Origin: Octopus vulgaris
Lineage: Eukaryota
Reading direction: 5' to 3'
Length of the DNA: 64,000 nt
Assembly: GCA_951406725.2 (NCBI GenBank)
Contig: OX597814.1
Span: forward strand, 161,138,001 to 161,202,000
Both the position numbers and the translations under genes were made by a program. This document shows, one piece after another, positions 49,373 to 64,000 of the stretch. How positions within the stretch are numbered: the first letter of the stretch is position 1; each line of letters opens with the position of its first letter. The notes under the pieces were generated by a model. That model made no database searches. It worked only from the letters and a program-made list of their open reading frames with translations, and had not been told where the DNA came from.

Positions 49373-52300
49373 ATATATATAAATAGCAGCTAAATCTCCT
49401 TTAAATTACATTGTACCATTTTAATAATGAAAAAACATACTGGGTAATATAGTCCTAAATAAACTCTTAATAAGACAGGGTGGTCATGACTGGGATACCT
49501 TTAATAATAGATGTGTTCAATCAAAGCTCACTTGGGAATAAACATCAGCCAAAACAGCATCATGCAAATACCAAGATATTTTGATTGCAGACCAGGACAC
49601 TGCTATAGTCTCATTCTAAAAATCACTGTCTCTGCCATTCATGATTCAGAGAAAATAATCTCTCTTCCACAGTCAAATACACAAATACACACACATGCAT
49701 GTATGTGCACACACATATGCACATAAATGAACACATATACACTTACAGATACATACGCAGCTACATAGCTACCAAAATCAATTTTTCTCTATAATCCTAA
49801 ACTCTGTGCTGAACGTCCAACTACCTATGATAAATCTCAGTGAAATTAGGCTTCCACTGCTATCACCACGAGCTGTCCATACACAAATGCAAATCCTCAT
49901 ACACACATGCACATACACAGATACATGCATGCATATGCTCATACATGAGGCAATGGGGACGCCTTATGTGGTTGCTTGACCTGGTAGAAAGAACAACTAA
50001 ATATCCCTCGTTTCATACTCAACCATCTTGAAACGAGAAGGACACACTGTATATACTATATTTGAAATACTATATGTACACCAGATCTGAAAATAAGACG
50101 TGTATATACACACATGTACATGCATGCATACGCATGCATTCACACTCACATGCACACATGCACGCTCAGCTATAAACCAAAACAGGTTGAAAAGTAAACA
50201 GCAAGTAACAGCCCTTTCAGTTGGCTACCCAACTGCACCACAGTCACTATGATTCCCCCTCATACTGTGAAATGCAACATGGTAAACCACCTAGAGAGCC
50301 TCAACATGGTTACACAAATCGCTGGAAATAACAGCAAAATCTCCCTCAAATCTCCTCACCCCCATGATCATGATCATGATCACCAAAACCACCACCACCA
50401 CCAAATCCACCATGCATTTCCTATTGCTAACTAAAGTTTCATGTTGCTTCTTGTGGCATGTAGGGACTTGATGTGCCTATCTTAAAACTGTGATCCATAC
50501 AGTATAAATTGGGATACACAAAGTGTAAGAAAAGGAAGTTTTTAAAAAAGAAAACCCAAAACAGGACAACAGGATACAGATAAATAAAACTAGAATACAC
50601 TCAGTAATGTGATTGAAATTATCTTGGGGAAATGAAAAAAGGACATGATGGATAATGTAGACTGCGCATGAGAAAAAAGCTGGATGGTCATGATTGGAAT
50701 ACCTTTGATTAAAGGTCTGCTCAATTAGGATTGATGTGGGGCTAAATTAAACAACAACAGTAAAACTGTAACAAACATTTCATGGCAGAATACAGAATTG
50801 TATAACATGGTTTCCAGACAAAACTGAAGAATGAAGAATGGCAAGTGTCCAGCATGCTGGGGTTTATGACTCATTCATAACTACTTGGCTAGCTACAACC
50901 ATGTATAGGTTGGTTTTGAAAGGGAAGTTACGGTTAATGACCACCACCACCACCACCACCACCACCACCTACAACAACAACAATAACAATTCTGATACTA
51001 CCACCATCACTACTATCACCAATACAACCATCATTCTCATCAACATTACCTCCATTGTTTTCATCATCATCATCACCACTACCAACATCACTACCATTAC
51101 CACTACTACCATCACAGATACTACTACCACCATCACAGACACTACTACCACCACCATCATTAACACCATCACCACCGCCATTGCTGCCCCAAATATTACC
51201 AGAACCACCTGTTTTATTCATGTTTTTGGCTAGCTAAGTGACCATACAATATTAGATAAATAACATTCTATTGAAAATATAAAAAGGCATATAATAGTTT
51301 TCAATGGCTAATTAATACAATGCTATTAAAAAGATTTACTTATAATTTTGCGGTTGTTTTGCAAGGTGTGTTGATCTGAATTAATAATTTAGATAACGAT
51401 TCTTCCTCATCACTTAAGGCATAGTTTAAATGACTTGAGATTGAGTAAGCTGAACAACTGCAATTAAAGTATGCAAGTATCCAGTTTACTATTAAATTTC
51501 TATGCAGTTGGCAAAAACTGGCAGTTTTTGCCAGTCATTCTTTTGAGTTATGCCACTCATTAATCATTCATGAAAAACCATTATTTAATGTTGTCACCCT
51601 TAAACTCTTGCAGCTATAAAAAGAAAAATGAAAGAAAGAAAAAGAACAGAATGGTTATGGCTGTTTGATCATATGTCTGCTTAATTAGTGATGACCTGGG
51701 GTTAAAAAAATTACTGCAACAATAATAGCAGCTTCTGAGTAAGCTGAGAATCTGTGCGTACCTTAAGCTCAGCCCGTTCTGTTTCAAGAGATTAGACCTG
51801 GCATCCAATTTCTTCTTCCCCACCTATATTACAGAGTTCTTTCCTCTCAAGATCATGAGCAATGCTCTTTTCCTTCTGTCTAAACCATCACAAAAAAACC
51901 CCAAAAAAACAACAAAAATCTATGTCATAATTCAGAGAATGAATTTCCTCATTTTGAGCTTATTTATGATGCAGAAAAGTATTAATTATAAATGCTGCTT
52001 TGTTGACTGGGAGATTACTTAAATTCCCTACATAAGCTGGGCTTTCTTTCTTTAATCATGCATAAATATGTATATTTGCTGCTACACACATTAACAAACA
52101 TCCACAAATGCATATAGTTGTCTTATATGTATGGATATCTGTATGTATATCATCATCATCATCATCATCACCACCACCACCACCACCACCACCATCATTA
52201 TAATAATAATAATAATAATAATAATTATAACAACTTCATATCTCTTTTTCCCTGCTGGCATTAGTCTGAAGGTCTGCTCCAGCACAGTGTCTCACCGCTT

Positions 52301-54082
52301 GTTGTCCTTCATTGTTTGATATGCTCAAGAACAGGCACTCAGTTGGTTGAACTAAATGAGTACAGTGTGTCCTAATGAATGTGTGTAATTATTTCAAATG
52401 CAAACATTATTTTTTTTTTTTATCTAGGAGAGGAGGTAACGCTGCTGAGAGGATAATGTAAATAGATACAAGTTTTAGAAAATTCAAGATAACGAGACTT
52501 TTAAACTAGTGCTCAAAGGCGCCTCACTCTGATCACTCATCTTTTAGATAAATCAGGCCATAACTATAAGGTCTGCCATCTTTGAAAAGAAAGGGACTAA
52601 GTATTGTGGTCCTAGGTGCATTGTGTTTGGAGAAAAAATGAGATGGTCATGGCTGGAATATCTTTGACCTTAGGCTGCTCAACCTGTGGCTAAACAACAA
52701 AATACTTTTTAAACTCTTTAACATATGAAGCACAAAAGGAGCTTCTATCGGTTGCTCAACTTGCTAGAAAGAGCAGTTAAATCTCCTTTAAACAACACTG
52801 CCATCTTATATAAGGAAAGGTTACTAGTTAATGTATTCCTAGATACTCCTAAATAGGATGGTCACAGAATGCTTTTGTTCATAGACCTGCTTGATCTGGG
52901 TTAATTTGTGGCGTAATGCAAATATCAAAAACATATTAAATGTTATCTCAAAAATTCTCCTGGTAACAATTCCAAAATTCCCCACAATATTTCTGATAGT
53001 AGCTATAACAAAATTATAGAGATTATCTTTATTTAGAAAATGAACAAGTCTCTCAGTAGAACTGCAGTGTTTGAGAGCTTTTGTTTTATTAAATGACAAT
53101 AAGTAATCTAATGCATGAGATATAGTATCACTAGTTAGCTAAACCTTAATATTATTCCTGACATCTGAATACATAAAAAGGTTATTTCATATTTAAAAGA
53201 AATGCATACACAGAAGCAACTGAATCTAAATGCCATTAGGTGCAATAAAGACAACACCATTTTGGGTTGAAACTCACTGGACAATGAGGGAGTTGTGAGA
53301 TGGTTGTTTGACCTGCTAGAAACAGCAACTAAATCTTCTTTAAAACAACCCCCGCAATATCATCATTATTCATTCATTTTATGTCAACCTTTCGATACTG
53401 GTATGGGTTGAACAGGTTATCATGGTTCAAGTCAGTTTTTATTCAGAGTTACTCTTTTCTAGATGGGTTGAGGATCACATCATACTCTCCTTTTCTATTT
53501 TTTTGCTGGATGCTCTTCCTATCACCCAGCACTATAGAGGGATTAGTGGATGCATTTTATTGTGGCAGCAGCATTAGAGAAGTTGTATTGTTCCTGGCAA
53601 GACTAAAATGATCTCTTCATTGTATGTTATCTCCATTCATTCAGTTAGCCACATCAGTGAGATGCAATACTAGAGACAGTTTTTTCTTTCCTACATTGCT
53701 CCTAGTTCTTTCTTTCTTACACAATTGACTGGGAGAGAGCTAGAGCAAGAAAATGAAAGAAAAGAGTAACTAAAAGTGAAATAGGATTATAGAAATGAGA
53801 AGGTGATAGATGAGTAGTAGAATAGGAAGAGAGAGAGAGAGAAAGAGAGAGAGGTGCACTGCTACATGAGAGTAGCTGTTATCGAGATTGATTAGGAACA
53901 ATATGACTGAAAGGGCAATAGAAGAGAAAGTGATGAAAAAGAACCAAAGTGAGAGGGTGATGGAATAGAGAAAAAAAAATTAGCAATAAAGTTGAGATGA
54001 TAGAAGAAAAATGGAAGAGAGAGAGAAATAAAGATACATATAGACAGATAGATAGATAGATAAATTAATGGATATATATATA

Positions 54083-54113
<31 letters not shown>

Positions 54114-54163
54114 AGATAGATAGACAGATAGATAGATAAATTAATGGATATATATAGATATAG

Positions 54164-54247
<84 letters not shown>

Positions 54248-54621
54248 AACTGTAATTACTTTTAAAAAGGACACATCCAATTATATAGTTCAAGATACAC
54301 AATGTCTGAAGAAAACAATTGGATGGTAAAGGCTGGAGTGCTTTTTTGACCATAAGCCAACCTGATCAGCCCTGGCCTTGGCCTAAACAATAATAAAACA
54401 TATTGATATATATATATATGTATGCATATATGTATGTATGTATGTCTAAATCATGTCAGCATGGAAAGCAGATGTTAAGTGATAGCAAATGATGATGATA
54501 TATATCTGTAAATTATCAAAACAAGACCAATACAAAGAGTAAGCAATATATCAATTAAGAAGGCTATTCAGTGACATAATGAAGTGGATTTATTAATCAC
54601 ATAGCCATGCTTGCTCCGAGT

Positions 54622-54698
<77 letters not shown>

Positions 54699-54971
54699 TG
54701 TGTGTGTGTTGTATGAAGGGCATCTGGCCATAGAAAATCCACCTCAGCTAATTCTATCTGACTCGTGCTAGCATGAGAGAGTTGACATTAAGATGATAAT
54801 AATGAATCTCTGATAAAAATGAATATTTAAATATATAAGTATATTTACATACATGCAGACACCCCACCACACACATATGTATATGTATATATATGTGTGT
54901 GTGTGAGTGTATATATGTGTGTGTTTATATATATGTATGTATATATATATATATGTATCTATATATATGTG

Positions 54972-55018
<47 letters not shown>

Positions 55019-55718
55019 CCTCATCATCATTATCATCCTCATTTTACATATATTTTCCATGCTAGCATGGTTTAATGTAAACATAATGAACTGTAAAACA
55101 CATGTCATGACATACAATTAAAATAAATTATGTACATATTCCCATATATATGCCAATACATATAAATATGTGTATATTTGAAGAGGTATACATTCTTTGT
55201 ATATGTTCTTATAGGTAAATCATCCAGGTATGAAATTGGTGTGCTATTCACTGTTTCTTAGGTAAACTGAGCAGAGAACATAAGTGTACTGGGGCTGATG
55301 TAAGAGAGAGAATAAGGAGCAAGTGAAAAAATAGGGAGTGAGAAAGAGAGAGTGAGAGAGAAATACTCGAGAGGTTTGGTTATATGTTTTCTTCTCTAAG
55401 TGTGAAGACAAGTATATATTACAGTTATACCCATTTAGCTTTGTTACTAATTTATTTTTATAGTCTTTTAGTTTGTTACGTGAATAACAGGTGCTCAGTG
55501 TTCTTTACATTGTTTTCACTCCCTCTTATCTTCAGGTTTCAAAATTACTTAGGTTTTGTATTCAAGAATTTGTAAAATCTTTGAGATGGTTCAGTTGTAT
55601 AAGAAGTAGGTCAGTGACCAATTTATGGTTCGGGCTTAATTTTAGTTAGTTTCATTTCCTTCTTGTTAATTATTGTAACTATAATCACTTCAGAGGTATT
55701 TTCAAATATGAAATGTTT

Positions 55719-55947
55719 TTAACTCTTTTGTTACTGTATTTATTTTGAGATGCTCTGTGTTTCTTTTAATTACTTTAAATATAACAAAAGAATTTAGTAA
55801 AATAACTTTGGTATCATTCAGCTGGTGTTAGGAACATAAAGTGTGACTAAGGTTTGGTGGAAGATTTTAATTCAAAATTAATGGAAGCAAAACATTTGTA
55901 CTTAGAGCCAGAGCCGGTTTCAGCCGGGTTGGTAACGAAAGAGTTAA
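55719..55947. mobile_element. piggyBac-type MITE family 1
   Basis: TTAA|ctcttttgttac ... gtaacgaaagag|TTAA; matches 3770-3998. Confidence 0.85.
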
Positions 55948-57444
55948 ACAAGAAAGGGAGAACATTTTGACAGTTCTCCTCTTGAATACCTTAAACAGTT
56001 CAAAAGTGGAATAAATTATATCATTTTTGCACTGATTGCCAACACAGACCATCACAAGTATCTTCAGATCGTACTGTTTACTGTTGAATATATAAGCTGT
56101 AGATATCGAGACAGATTATTTTACAGTGAAGTCATAGTGTGATACGTAACTGACGGAGCTGTAAATTCTTGGCTAATCAAGCTTGCAGTCCAATTTAAAT
56201 TTTCAATAAGCATGACTCCTCTTCTTTGATGAATGGTTGTTATCAAAGGCATGAAACCATGAATTCATATTTCACTTACCCTTCATTTCTGAGGCTTTAC
56301 ATATAAATATGGAAATATCATTGCAGATTCATATAAAGTGTTAGTCATTTATCTCATAAATTATGAATTTGTAATGTGTCATGGATGTGACATTATGTAA
56401 GCAGCTCTACCCAACTGGAAACTGGGTGCCAAGTATTTTATTTGAATGACTGGGCTGTTGTTGATTGCAGAACAAGCTGAATAAATGATGAATTGTAAGG
56501 TGATTTTTTTTCAGCTCAAACTTTGTATCTCTAATTCAAGAATGTTTCAAATTTTCAACTTTGACAGAATTGGAAAAAGGCTATAAGCTAGAGCAAAGCA
56601 ATTTTGGTGTAAATTTATTCTTAGAGTAAGCCATTTCAAACATATTAGGATGAATAACCAGCAAGGAAATCTCTGTGCAGTTGTTTCATCTGCTAGAACT
56701 AGCAACCAAATCCACCTCAGGCCATACTCTAATTGTCATAAACAAGGAAAGGGTGGATTCGCTTTTTTTTTTATCTTTTATTCAGGAAAGAAATCAGTGC
56801 CTATGATTCATCACAGGGCTTCTGAGACAAGTGTGAGAGAAGGATGAAGATTTTCTCAAACTGGAAATAAGGCCTAAATGCTTGCAGCAGAATGAACTCT
56901 GCTGAAGGCACCCAAGGCACCTGGTTGTGGTGTTCAACCAGGAAATGGGTTAGGTCTACTATCCATGTAGGCCATGATAAAATTTGAATTCCGAAAGCAA
57001 AAATCAAGGACAAATACCACAAGGTATTTGGTTTGATGTTATTACAGTCCTGACAATCCACCACCTTGAATTAGTACATTTTTATTAACTTTGAAAGACT
57101 AAAAGGCAAAGTTTGATCTCAGTAGGATTTGAGCTGAAAGTCAGAGGGTTGGGACAAGTACCATGAAACACTCTGTCCAATTTGGTGCCAAATATAGTCC
57201 TTGATATATCCTTAAAAAGATGAGGTGGTTACAGTTAGAAAGTTTTTGAACATAGGTTTGCTTGCTTAGAGTTGATTTTGGTCTAACAACAAGAACAACA
57301 AAAGCAAATAATATACTTTATCTAAGATATCGGTGAAAGAGAGGGATGAAAGGAAATGGGAAATATACTGTTTGCATGTGTGTGTGTGTGTGCATGTGTG
57401 TGTGTGCGTGCAAGAAAAGAGGGAGAGAAAGAGAGAGAGGGAGG

Positions 57445-57495
<51 letters not shown>

Positions 57496-58015
57496 ATTTG
57501 TGGTCTAGGGCTTAGGGCTGTGGAAGTTTATAACATTAATTTTGATTCTGGAGGTTTGTTTTAATAATTAATGCTAAATTCTAACTACTATAAATGTAAT
57601 TTATATTTTATATGTAATTACCAAGTTGAATCCATTAATTCTAAGATTAGTTTTATATTTTAATCAAACTTTTCTCTTCATTTTGTAACTATTTTCATTG
57701 GTGATATTTTAAATGGGATATTAAGTTATCATAATGAGGTAAAAACAAAAAAAAAATATTATTGAGGTTAATTACTCAGAGAGACTATGTTTCAGTCTTA
57801 TTAATTATTCAGTCATGTTCTGCTCTTCTTATATCTCATAAGCAAAGCATGAATTCTGGGGTAGTAATGAGTGAATCACTATGTAGTTGTACACTATTGT
57901 ACATGAATAAGCATAGGTAATTAGCATATTAACAAACAACAACAACATCAAATCACTGAGGCATCATTCACATGATAAACAATAGTTAAATCAGTGTTAA
58001 TATATTTAATGTGGT

Positions 58016-58828
58016 AAGGCGGCATACTAGCAGAATCCGTAACATGCTAGGCAAAACGCTTAGTGGCATTTTGTCCATCTTTATGTTCTGAGTTCAAATT
58101 CCATGTAAGTTGACTTTACCTTACATCTTTTTGGGGTCTATAACAAAGTACCAGTTGAGCACTGGGGTTGATGTAATCAACTTACCTCTTCCCCAAACTT
58201 GTTGGCTTTGAGCCAAATATTTAACCCTTTTACTACCATATTTATTTTGAGACGCTCTGTGTTTCTTTCAATTGATTTTGAATATAACAAAGAATTTAGT
58301 AAAATAACTTAGTTATCATTAAGCTAGTGTTAGGAAGATTTTAATTCAGGTTTGGTGGAAGATTTTAATTCAGAATTTATGAAAACAAGACATTTGTACT
58401 ACAGAGTCAGAGGCAGTTTCAGCCAGGTTGGTATCGAAAGGGTTAAGGCAAAATGCTTAGCGGCGTTTTGTTTGTCTTTATGTTCTGAGTTCAAATTCCC
58501 CCGCAGTTAACTTTACCTTTCATCCTTTTGTGCACTGGGGTCAATGTAATTGACTAAACCCCTCCCTGAAATTGCTGGCCTCATGCCAAAATTTAAAACC
58601 ATTATAAGAATCCCCTAATGTGGTGAGCTGACAATTGCTACCATGCTGGGAAAAATGCTTAGAGACATTTCTTCCCACTCTATGTTCTGAGTTCAAATGC
58701 AGCCAGGGTCAAATTCGCCTTTCATCATCTTGGAGTCAATAAAATAACTACTAGTTGCATGTTGAGATCAATGTTATCAACTTATCCCCTACTCCCAAAT
58801 TACTGGCCTTGTGCCAAAATTTGAAATC
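58016..58828 (+). mobile_element. Cluster of three direct SINE-B copies (58016-58220, 58447-58600, 58620-58828)
   Basis: atgttctgagttcaaat..tt(t)catc..actgggg motif three times. Confidence 0.75.
58221..58446. mobile_element. piggyBac-type MITE family 1
   Basis: TTAA|ccctttt ... gaaaggg|TTAA; small internal duplication ggaagattttaattcag. Confidence 0.85.
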
Positions 58829-59369
58829 AATATATTTAATGTGTTGAGTATTAAATATCTACTATATTTACTTATGTGTAATTTGTTGGGTAGCATTATA
58901 CCTGAATATAAAAGACAAAAATAAGAAAAGATAAATAAAAATAAAAATTTTAGGTACTATTGTACCTAAAAATGGGGAAAATCACCTTATATTCGTGATT
59001 GCCTTGTACTTAAGTGAAAATGGTAATTAGAAATACTTGTATGGTAGAGGTAAAGATAGCATTAACACAACAATTCTTATTATGTGCTTAATGCTCAATA
59101 TGTTAAATATGCTAATACTAACTAATCATAAATAAATAATGATGAATGTTTTGTTTGGATTTTGAAGGAAAGAGTAGAGGCAAATAAGTGTGTCAGTTGG
59201 AGACATTTTTGGTGCCACTAATAATATCCTTCAGAAAAGATGAACCTCATCTTACAATATTCTTTCTGCTCTTGTATCAGTTTGAGAATTGAATACAGTT
59301 TGGAATATTGTTTGGATTCTATGGTAGGTGCTGCATTGTAGATAATTATATTTTTGATGAGTTTAAGTC

Positions 59370-59625
59370 TGCATGGGTGTTGGTACCACATAAAAGCACC
59401 CTTGTTGGTGCCGCATAAAAAAACATCTGTGCTGGTGCCACATAAACAGCACCCTGTACACTCTGTAAAGTGGGTGGTGTGAGGAAGGGTATCCAGTCAT
59501 AGAAACCACACCAAAACAGACAATTGGAGCCTGGGCAGCTCTCTAGCTGGTCAGCTCCTGTCAAACCATCCAACCCATACCAACATGGAAAATGGATGTT
59601 AAATGATGATGATGATGATAATGAT
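59370..59625 (+). mobile_element. LINE-R 3' UTR/tail (older copy)
   Basis: aaaagcacc repeats, ggaagggtatccag, catggaaaatggatgttaaatgatgat. Confidence 0.75.
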
Positions 59626-59711
59626 AATGAAGTCCATGACTTGGTTTTAGTTCCAAGATTAATTCACTTTACTTCTCTTATGCCCTTATTACTGTCTGAT
59701 GTTTTAAAAAT

Positions 59712-59925
59712 GGTTTCAAATTTTGGTAGAAGGTCAGCAATGTTTGAGGAGATGGGGAAGCCAACTTTATCAACTCCAGTATTTGAGTAGTACTTATTTT
59801 AATGATCTCAGAAGGATGAAAGGCAAAATCAACCTTGATGTAATTTGATCTCAGAATGTAAAAAAGGGACAAAGTACCGCTAAGCATTTTGCTCCTCATT
59901 TTATTGGTTCAGCCAGCTCGCTGCT
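59712..59925 (-). mobile_element. SINE-B copy (diverged)
   Basis: gtacttatttt..aggatgaaaggcaaa..ctcagaatgtaaa..gctaagcatttt. Confidence 0.7.
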
Positions 59926-60239
59926 TTCTGATGCTCCAATAATAATTCTTGAAAAGCTCCTCGAAGTACAATCAGACTTGTATTTCTGGTATTATAAGAA
60001 ATAATTTTAAGCAAAAAAGAATGACAGATTGAGAAAAGGGGTTAAAATCAAATATTTACTGCTTGCTGTTTTACCAAACCATCAAAGGATCTTTTATGTG
60101 ATCTGGTCATTTTAACAAGAGAGCCTTTATGTGGTGTTGTGAATATAAAAGTCCTTTGTTTCTGATTTTAATCAGAGGTACCTTGTTATTTTTATCTCGC
60201 CTGTTTATCACATTGAATTCTCCTAAAGATGTGTGATTT

Positions 60240-60545
60240 AGAAGTTTGCATATTTGGCTCATGATCATAAGACCATGAGTTCGATTTCTGGCAGTGCATT
60301 GTGTTCTTGAGCAAGGTACTTTATTTTACATTGCTCAAGTTCACTCAGCTGACAAAAATGAGTATTGCCTGTATTTCAAAGGACCAGCCTTGTCACATTC
60401 TGTGTCATGCTGAATCTCCCTGAGAACTTCGTTAAGGATATGTGTGTCTGTAGAGTGCTCAGCCACTTGCATGTTAATTTCACATGGAGTCTATTCCATT
60501 GATTGGATCAACTGGAACACTCACCATTGTGATTGATGAAATGCC
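60240..60545 (+). mobile_element. SINE-C group long-tail variant
   Basis: Matches 21878-22198 (ccagccttgtcacattctgtgtcatgctgaatct..gtgctcagccactt). Confidence 0.8.
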
Positions 60546-60589
60546 ATATTCTTCTAAGCAAATTGGATGTTGTATGGATATCCACCCTG

Positions 60590-61035
60590 TCAAACAACCA
60601 TAAGAGGAATTTTTTCTGTGCAACAATAGAGTCAGTCCTTTAAATGGAGTAACAGCCTGGATGCTTACCAAAAAAAACTGGAATCTAAGCTAGATGGAAA
60701 TTACACTTGAATGTTCAAAGCAGTCTTAGATATATCTTGGAGAACTCATTCCACCAAGAAATAGCTGTATGGAGATCTGCCTGTTTCCATAGGTATAAGG
60801 GAAAGTGCTTGTGCTTTGCAGCCCATTGCTGGTGAGCTAAGCAATAGCTAGCAGGTAACCTACTGCTATGAATGATAAAGCATGGCTGTACTTGAACAGG
60901 CTATCCAAACAATATATATAGATTAATTCACCAGAGACATCGGATGCCTCTCTGAAGATCTAACTCAACAAATGCAGGACCAAAATGAATCATGTATGTG
61001 GGTTAAAAATATTCAAATGAACTTGACCAAATGAT
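60590..61035 (+). mobile_element. Degenerate RTE-type LINE ORF2 C-terminus, related to 21161-21574 at protein level
   Basis: FFCATIESVL..GVTAWMLTKKLESKLDGNYT*MFKAVLDISWRTHSTKK*LYGDLP..AHCW..RDIGCLSEDL..MQD with stops and frameshifts. Confidence 0.75.
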
Positions 61036-61723
61036 GTTTATCATTAGCCTGCTCAATCTTGTTGACTACTGGCGAGAGGTATCTGGCTATATTTAGTCAG
61101 CACCAAAATAGGTTTTAAGGCACTTGCACAGAAGTGACAGTTGCTTCCTCCTTCATTGTTACATTATTACATTAGTTGCATCAAGTCCCATTTCATAGGT
61201 CAATTAGACTGAAATGGAGAGAGATTAGTAGTGAACTGACTCAGGAAATCTATCTTATTTTTATGATACAAAAAGTTAATTTACATTCACTCATCTGATG
61301 TGATATCTCTGAAACATCCATTTTTGTTGTTAACCACTGCTGCTGCTACTGTCACTGCTGCCACCACCACCACCACCATCTGTAATCATAGGGTTGTCTT
61401 TTTTCCTGGGGTATATTCATAAAAAAAAAGAAAAACCTTTTTTTTGATAATTCATACTACCTGTTAAACTAGTTTATATTGGTCAAAATTGCACAATAGC
61501 ACATTTTTGGTTGAAACTAATGTATTATTTTTATGATAAATTGATTAAAATAGCATTGATTTGAAGTGTTTGTCAATTATGAAAACTCAGTGACATATTA
61601 AATTGTAGTAGTTTAGTACATACCAAAAGCAAAATACCACAAATAGACCTGTTATTATTTTGTATCACTACAGCAAGGAAAGCAATGGAAATGTGTCAGT
61701 TATTCCTCACAAGCAACTATCAA

Positions 61724-61779
<56 letters not shown>

Positions 61780-61822
61780 ATATATATATTTATATATATC
61801 CATATGTATAAAATGGTGATGA

Positions 61823-61880
<58 letters not shown>

Positions 61881-62770
61881 TATTACTGCTGGGTAGAAGT
61901 AATAAACATTTTGCCTGTTATCTGTCTGACAACTAATGCTTTTATGTAACATCACAAGCAAGAAGATGGATCGCAGTAGATTTCCAACAGATGTTTACGT
62001 TGATATCATTTGCAATTTTGTTTCTCTCGATAATTTAACTAATATATACAAATGCAATATATAGCATAATGGAGATGGTTGTGATAATTTTTTTTTATAA
62101 CTAATATATTTATTTATATATAAATAGTATCATTTATATATGAATTGTATAGAAATACATTTATTATTTATATATAAATTGTATAGCAAATACATTATAC
62201 AATTAAAATTTTTCCCTTTGTTCCTTAAATTTAGATCCTGTTTGCTGACTTAGCGCTTCATATCTCCTCGTTTGATAAAATAACATCCTGATTGATTCAG
62301 TTAGTTATACTTCTAACATACACTTAGAAAAAATAGGAAGATTAATTTTGTTGTCTTGTGAAAGTCATTATGCCAATAATGATAACACAGGTGCAGTTTC
62401 AATTCCACTTCTTTATTGGCAGTCAATTGGTTGAATATTTAACCAACTAACTAATTGATCATTTGTTTAATGTGTTGATTAAACAACCAGTCAGTTGTTT
62501 ATAAGTCAAAATTCTTTTGCTGCTGTTTGCGACCTTTTTAGTCACTTAGTGGCTTCCCCTCTCTCACCAATCTGCTTTGAGTCTGTTCAACACATGAATT
62601 TACACCAAAAATCCTGCAAACCAAATGCAAAAATGAAATAAGAAAATTAATATTATTACAGTATGTTGAAACTAGCCAGCAGTTGCCTTGTAAGTACAAG
62701 TAATAGAGATAAACTGTACTGAAGCTCACTATATATGTATGTGTTTGTGTGTTTTTGTGTGTGTGTGTAT

Positions 62771-62813
<43 letters not shown>

Positions 62814-63199
62814 TGTGTTTGTGGGGTATGTGCATTAATGTTGACTATCCATGGCTTTACTTGTCACTGTCTGAGCAAAGCAGTGACATGATGGTTACAT
62901 GCCTTGTTGACATTATAACTGACCATTCTCTGTTTTTGAAAGTAAGTGTAATGAAAAGAAAATTCCTTATTTGAAAAATTAGTAAGGATATGCAGGAGGG
63001 AGGACATCTGGTTGTAAAATGCTCTTTCAAATGTGACCGTCCAAACCCACGCTTGCATAAAAAATATCCATTTAACAAACTATCAAATTTAGAGAGTTGA
63101 TCAAGGTGCTGGTTTAATTACCAAACTCGTAGTTACCAGGTTCATGGAAACTGTATATGCTTATAAATTTACTATCATATGCTGTGCTGAAGCACTTCT

Positions 63200-63426
63200 T
63201 ATTTCTTTATTGCCCACAAGGGGCGAAACACAGGGGGGACAAACAAGAACAGACAAACAGATTAAGTCGATTATATCGACCCCAGTGCGTAACTGGTACT
63301 TATTTAATCAACCCCGAAAGGATGAAAGGCAAAGTTGACCTCGGTGGAATTTGAACTCAGAACGTAGCAGCAGACGAAATACCACTGAGCGTTTCGCCCG
63401 GCGTGCTAACGCTTCTGCCAGCTCAC
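63200..63426 (-). mobile_element. SINE-B young copy
   Basis: CpG-rich; 15-bp perfect TSD tgctgaagcacttct at 63185-63199 and 63427-63441. Confidence 0.9.
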
Positions 63427-63734
63427 TGCTGAAGCACTTCTGGAGGCAAGTGCTGCAGAAAGGAGATAAGTTACCAAGAAGCTGAACCTATAACTAGGTT
63501 CTAGTTCCTGATAATAGATATTTTATTTTACTTATATTACTTATATTACTAATTATCTCAAAAAGACATGGTTGTCATAGATCCCATTTCTTTCTCCCTT
63601 AAATCAAAATAATCATCCATAAACAGGTGATAAACAATGAAATATTTGTCTGTATCAATTTACTTTACCAGTGAATAAGCAATTCATTAAAATTGATTGC
63701 TTTGTGATTTTTAGCCCCAGCCTATTCAAAGTAC

Positions 63735-64000
63735 CTTGGATTGCAGAACGACCTGCTGTGCTTACCTTGGATCGTAGAGTGACCTGTTGTGCTTGAGGAG
63801 ACCTATTGAATCAAGTACATCAACATCAATATCAATATCAAAATAAATATCAAATGGAAATTGTAGTTACGACACCTGTGCTGGCAGCACGTAAAAAGCA
63901 CCATCCGAACGTGGCCGATGCCAGCGCTGCCTTGACTGGCTTCTGTGTTTGAAGAGACCTGCTGTGTTTGAGGAGACCTATTGAGTCAAGTTCATAAACA
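63735..64000 (+). mobile_element. LINE-R 3' UTR fragment with internal repeats (runs off the window)
   Basis: gacctgctgtgctt..gaggagacctattga.tcaagtacatcaacatcaa matches 34370-34480. Confidence 0.75.

Overview
AT-rich, microsatellite-dense eukaryotic non-coding DNA, either intergenic or inside a large intron. The SINE, LINE and microsatellite content resembles an Octopus (coleoid cephalopod) genome; this is inference from the look of the repeats, not a search result. I can support no host protein-coding gene: most ORF-track entries are microsatellite artefacts or pieces of transposons. The window contains several tRNA-headed SINE families (my labels SINE-A, -B, -C), an abundant (AAC)n-tailed repeat, 3' fragments of RTE-type, CR1-type and another LINE, one full-length decayed mariner (16610-17860), two non-autonomous Helitrons, TTAA piggyBac-type MITEs and hAT-type MITEs. 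The most interesting signal is RNA-level. At 30161-31301 a non-coding ~353-bp unit occurs in tandem and inverted copies, and its consensus is a complete type I hammerhead ribozyme, as expected of a non-LTR retrozyme or Penelope-type repeat. Two further, unrelated hammerhead-bearing repeats lie at 37719-37982 and 21640-22385. Repeat boundaries were read by eye and are approximate unless a TSD or TIR is quoted.
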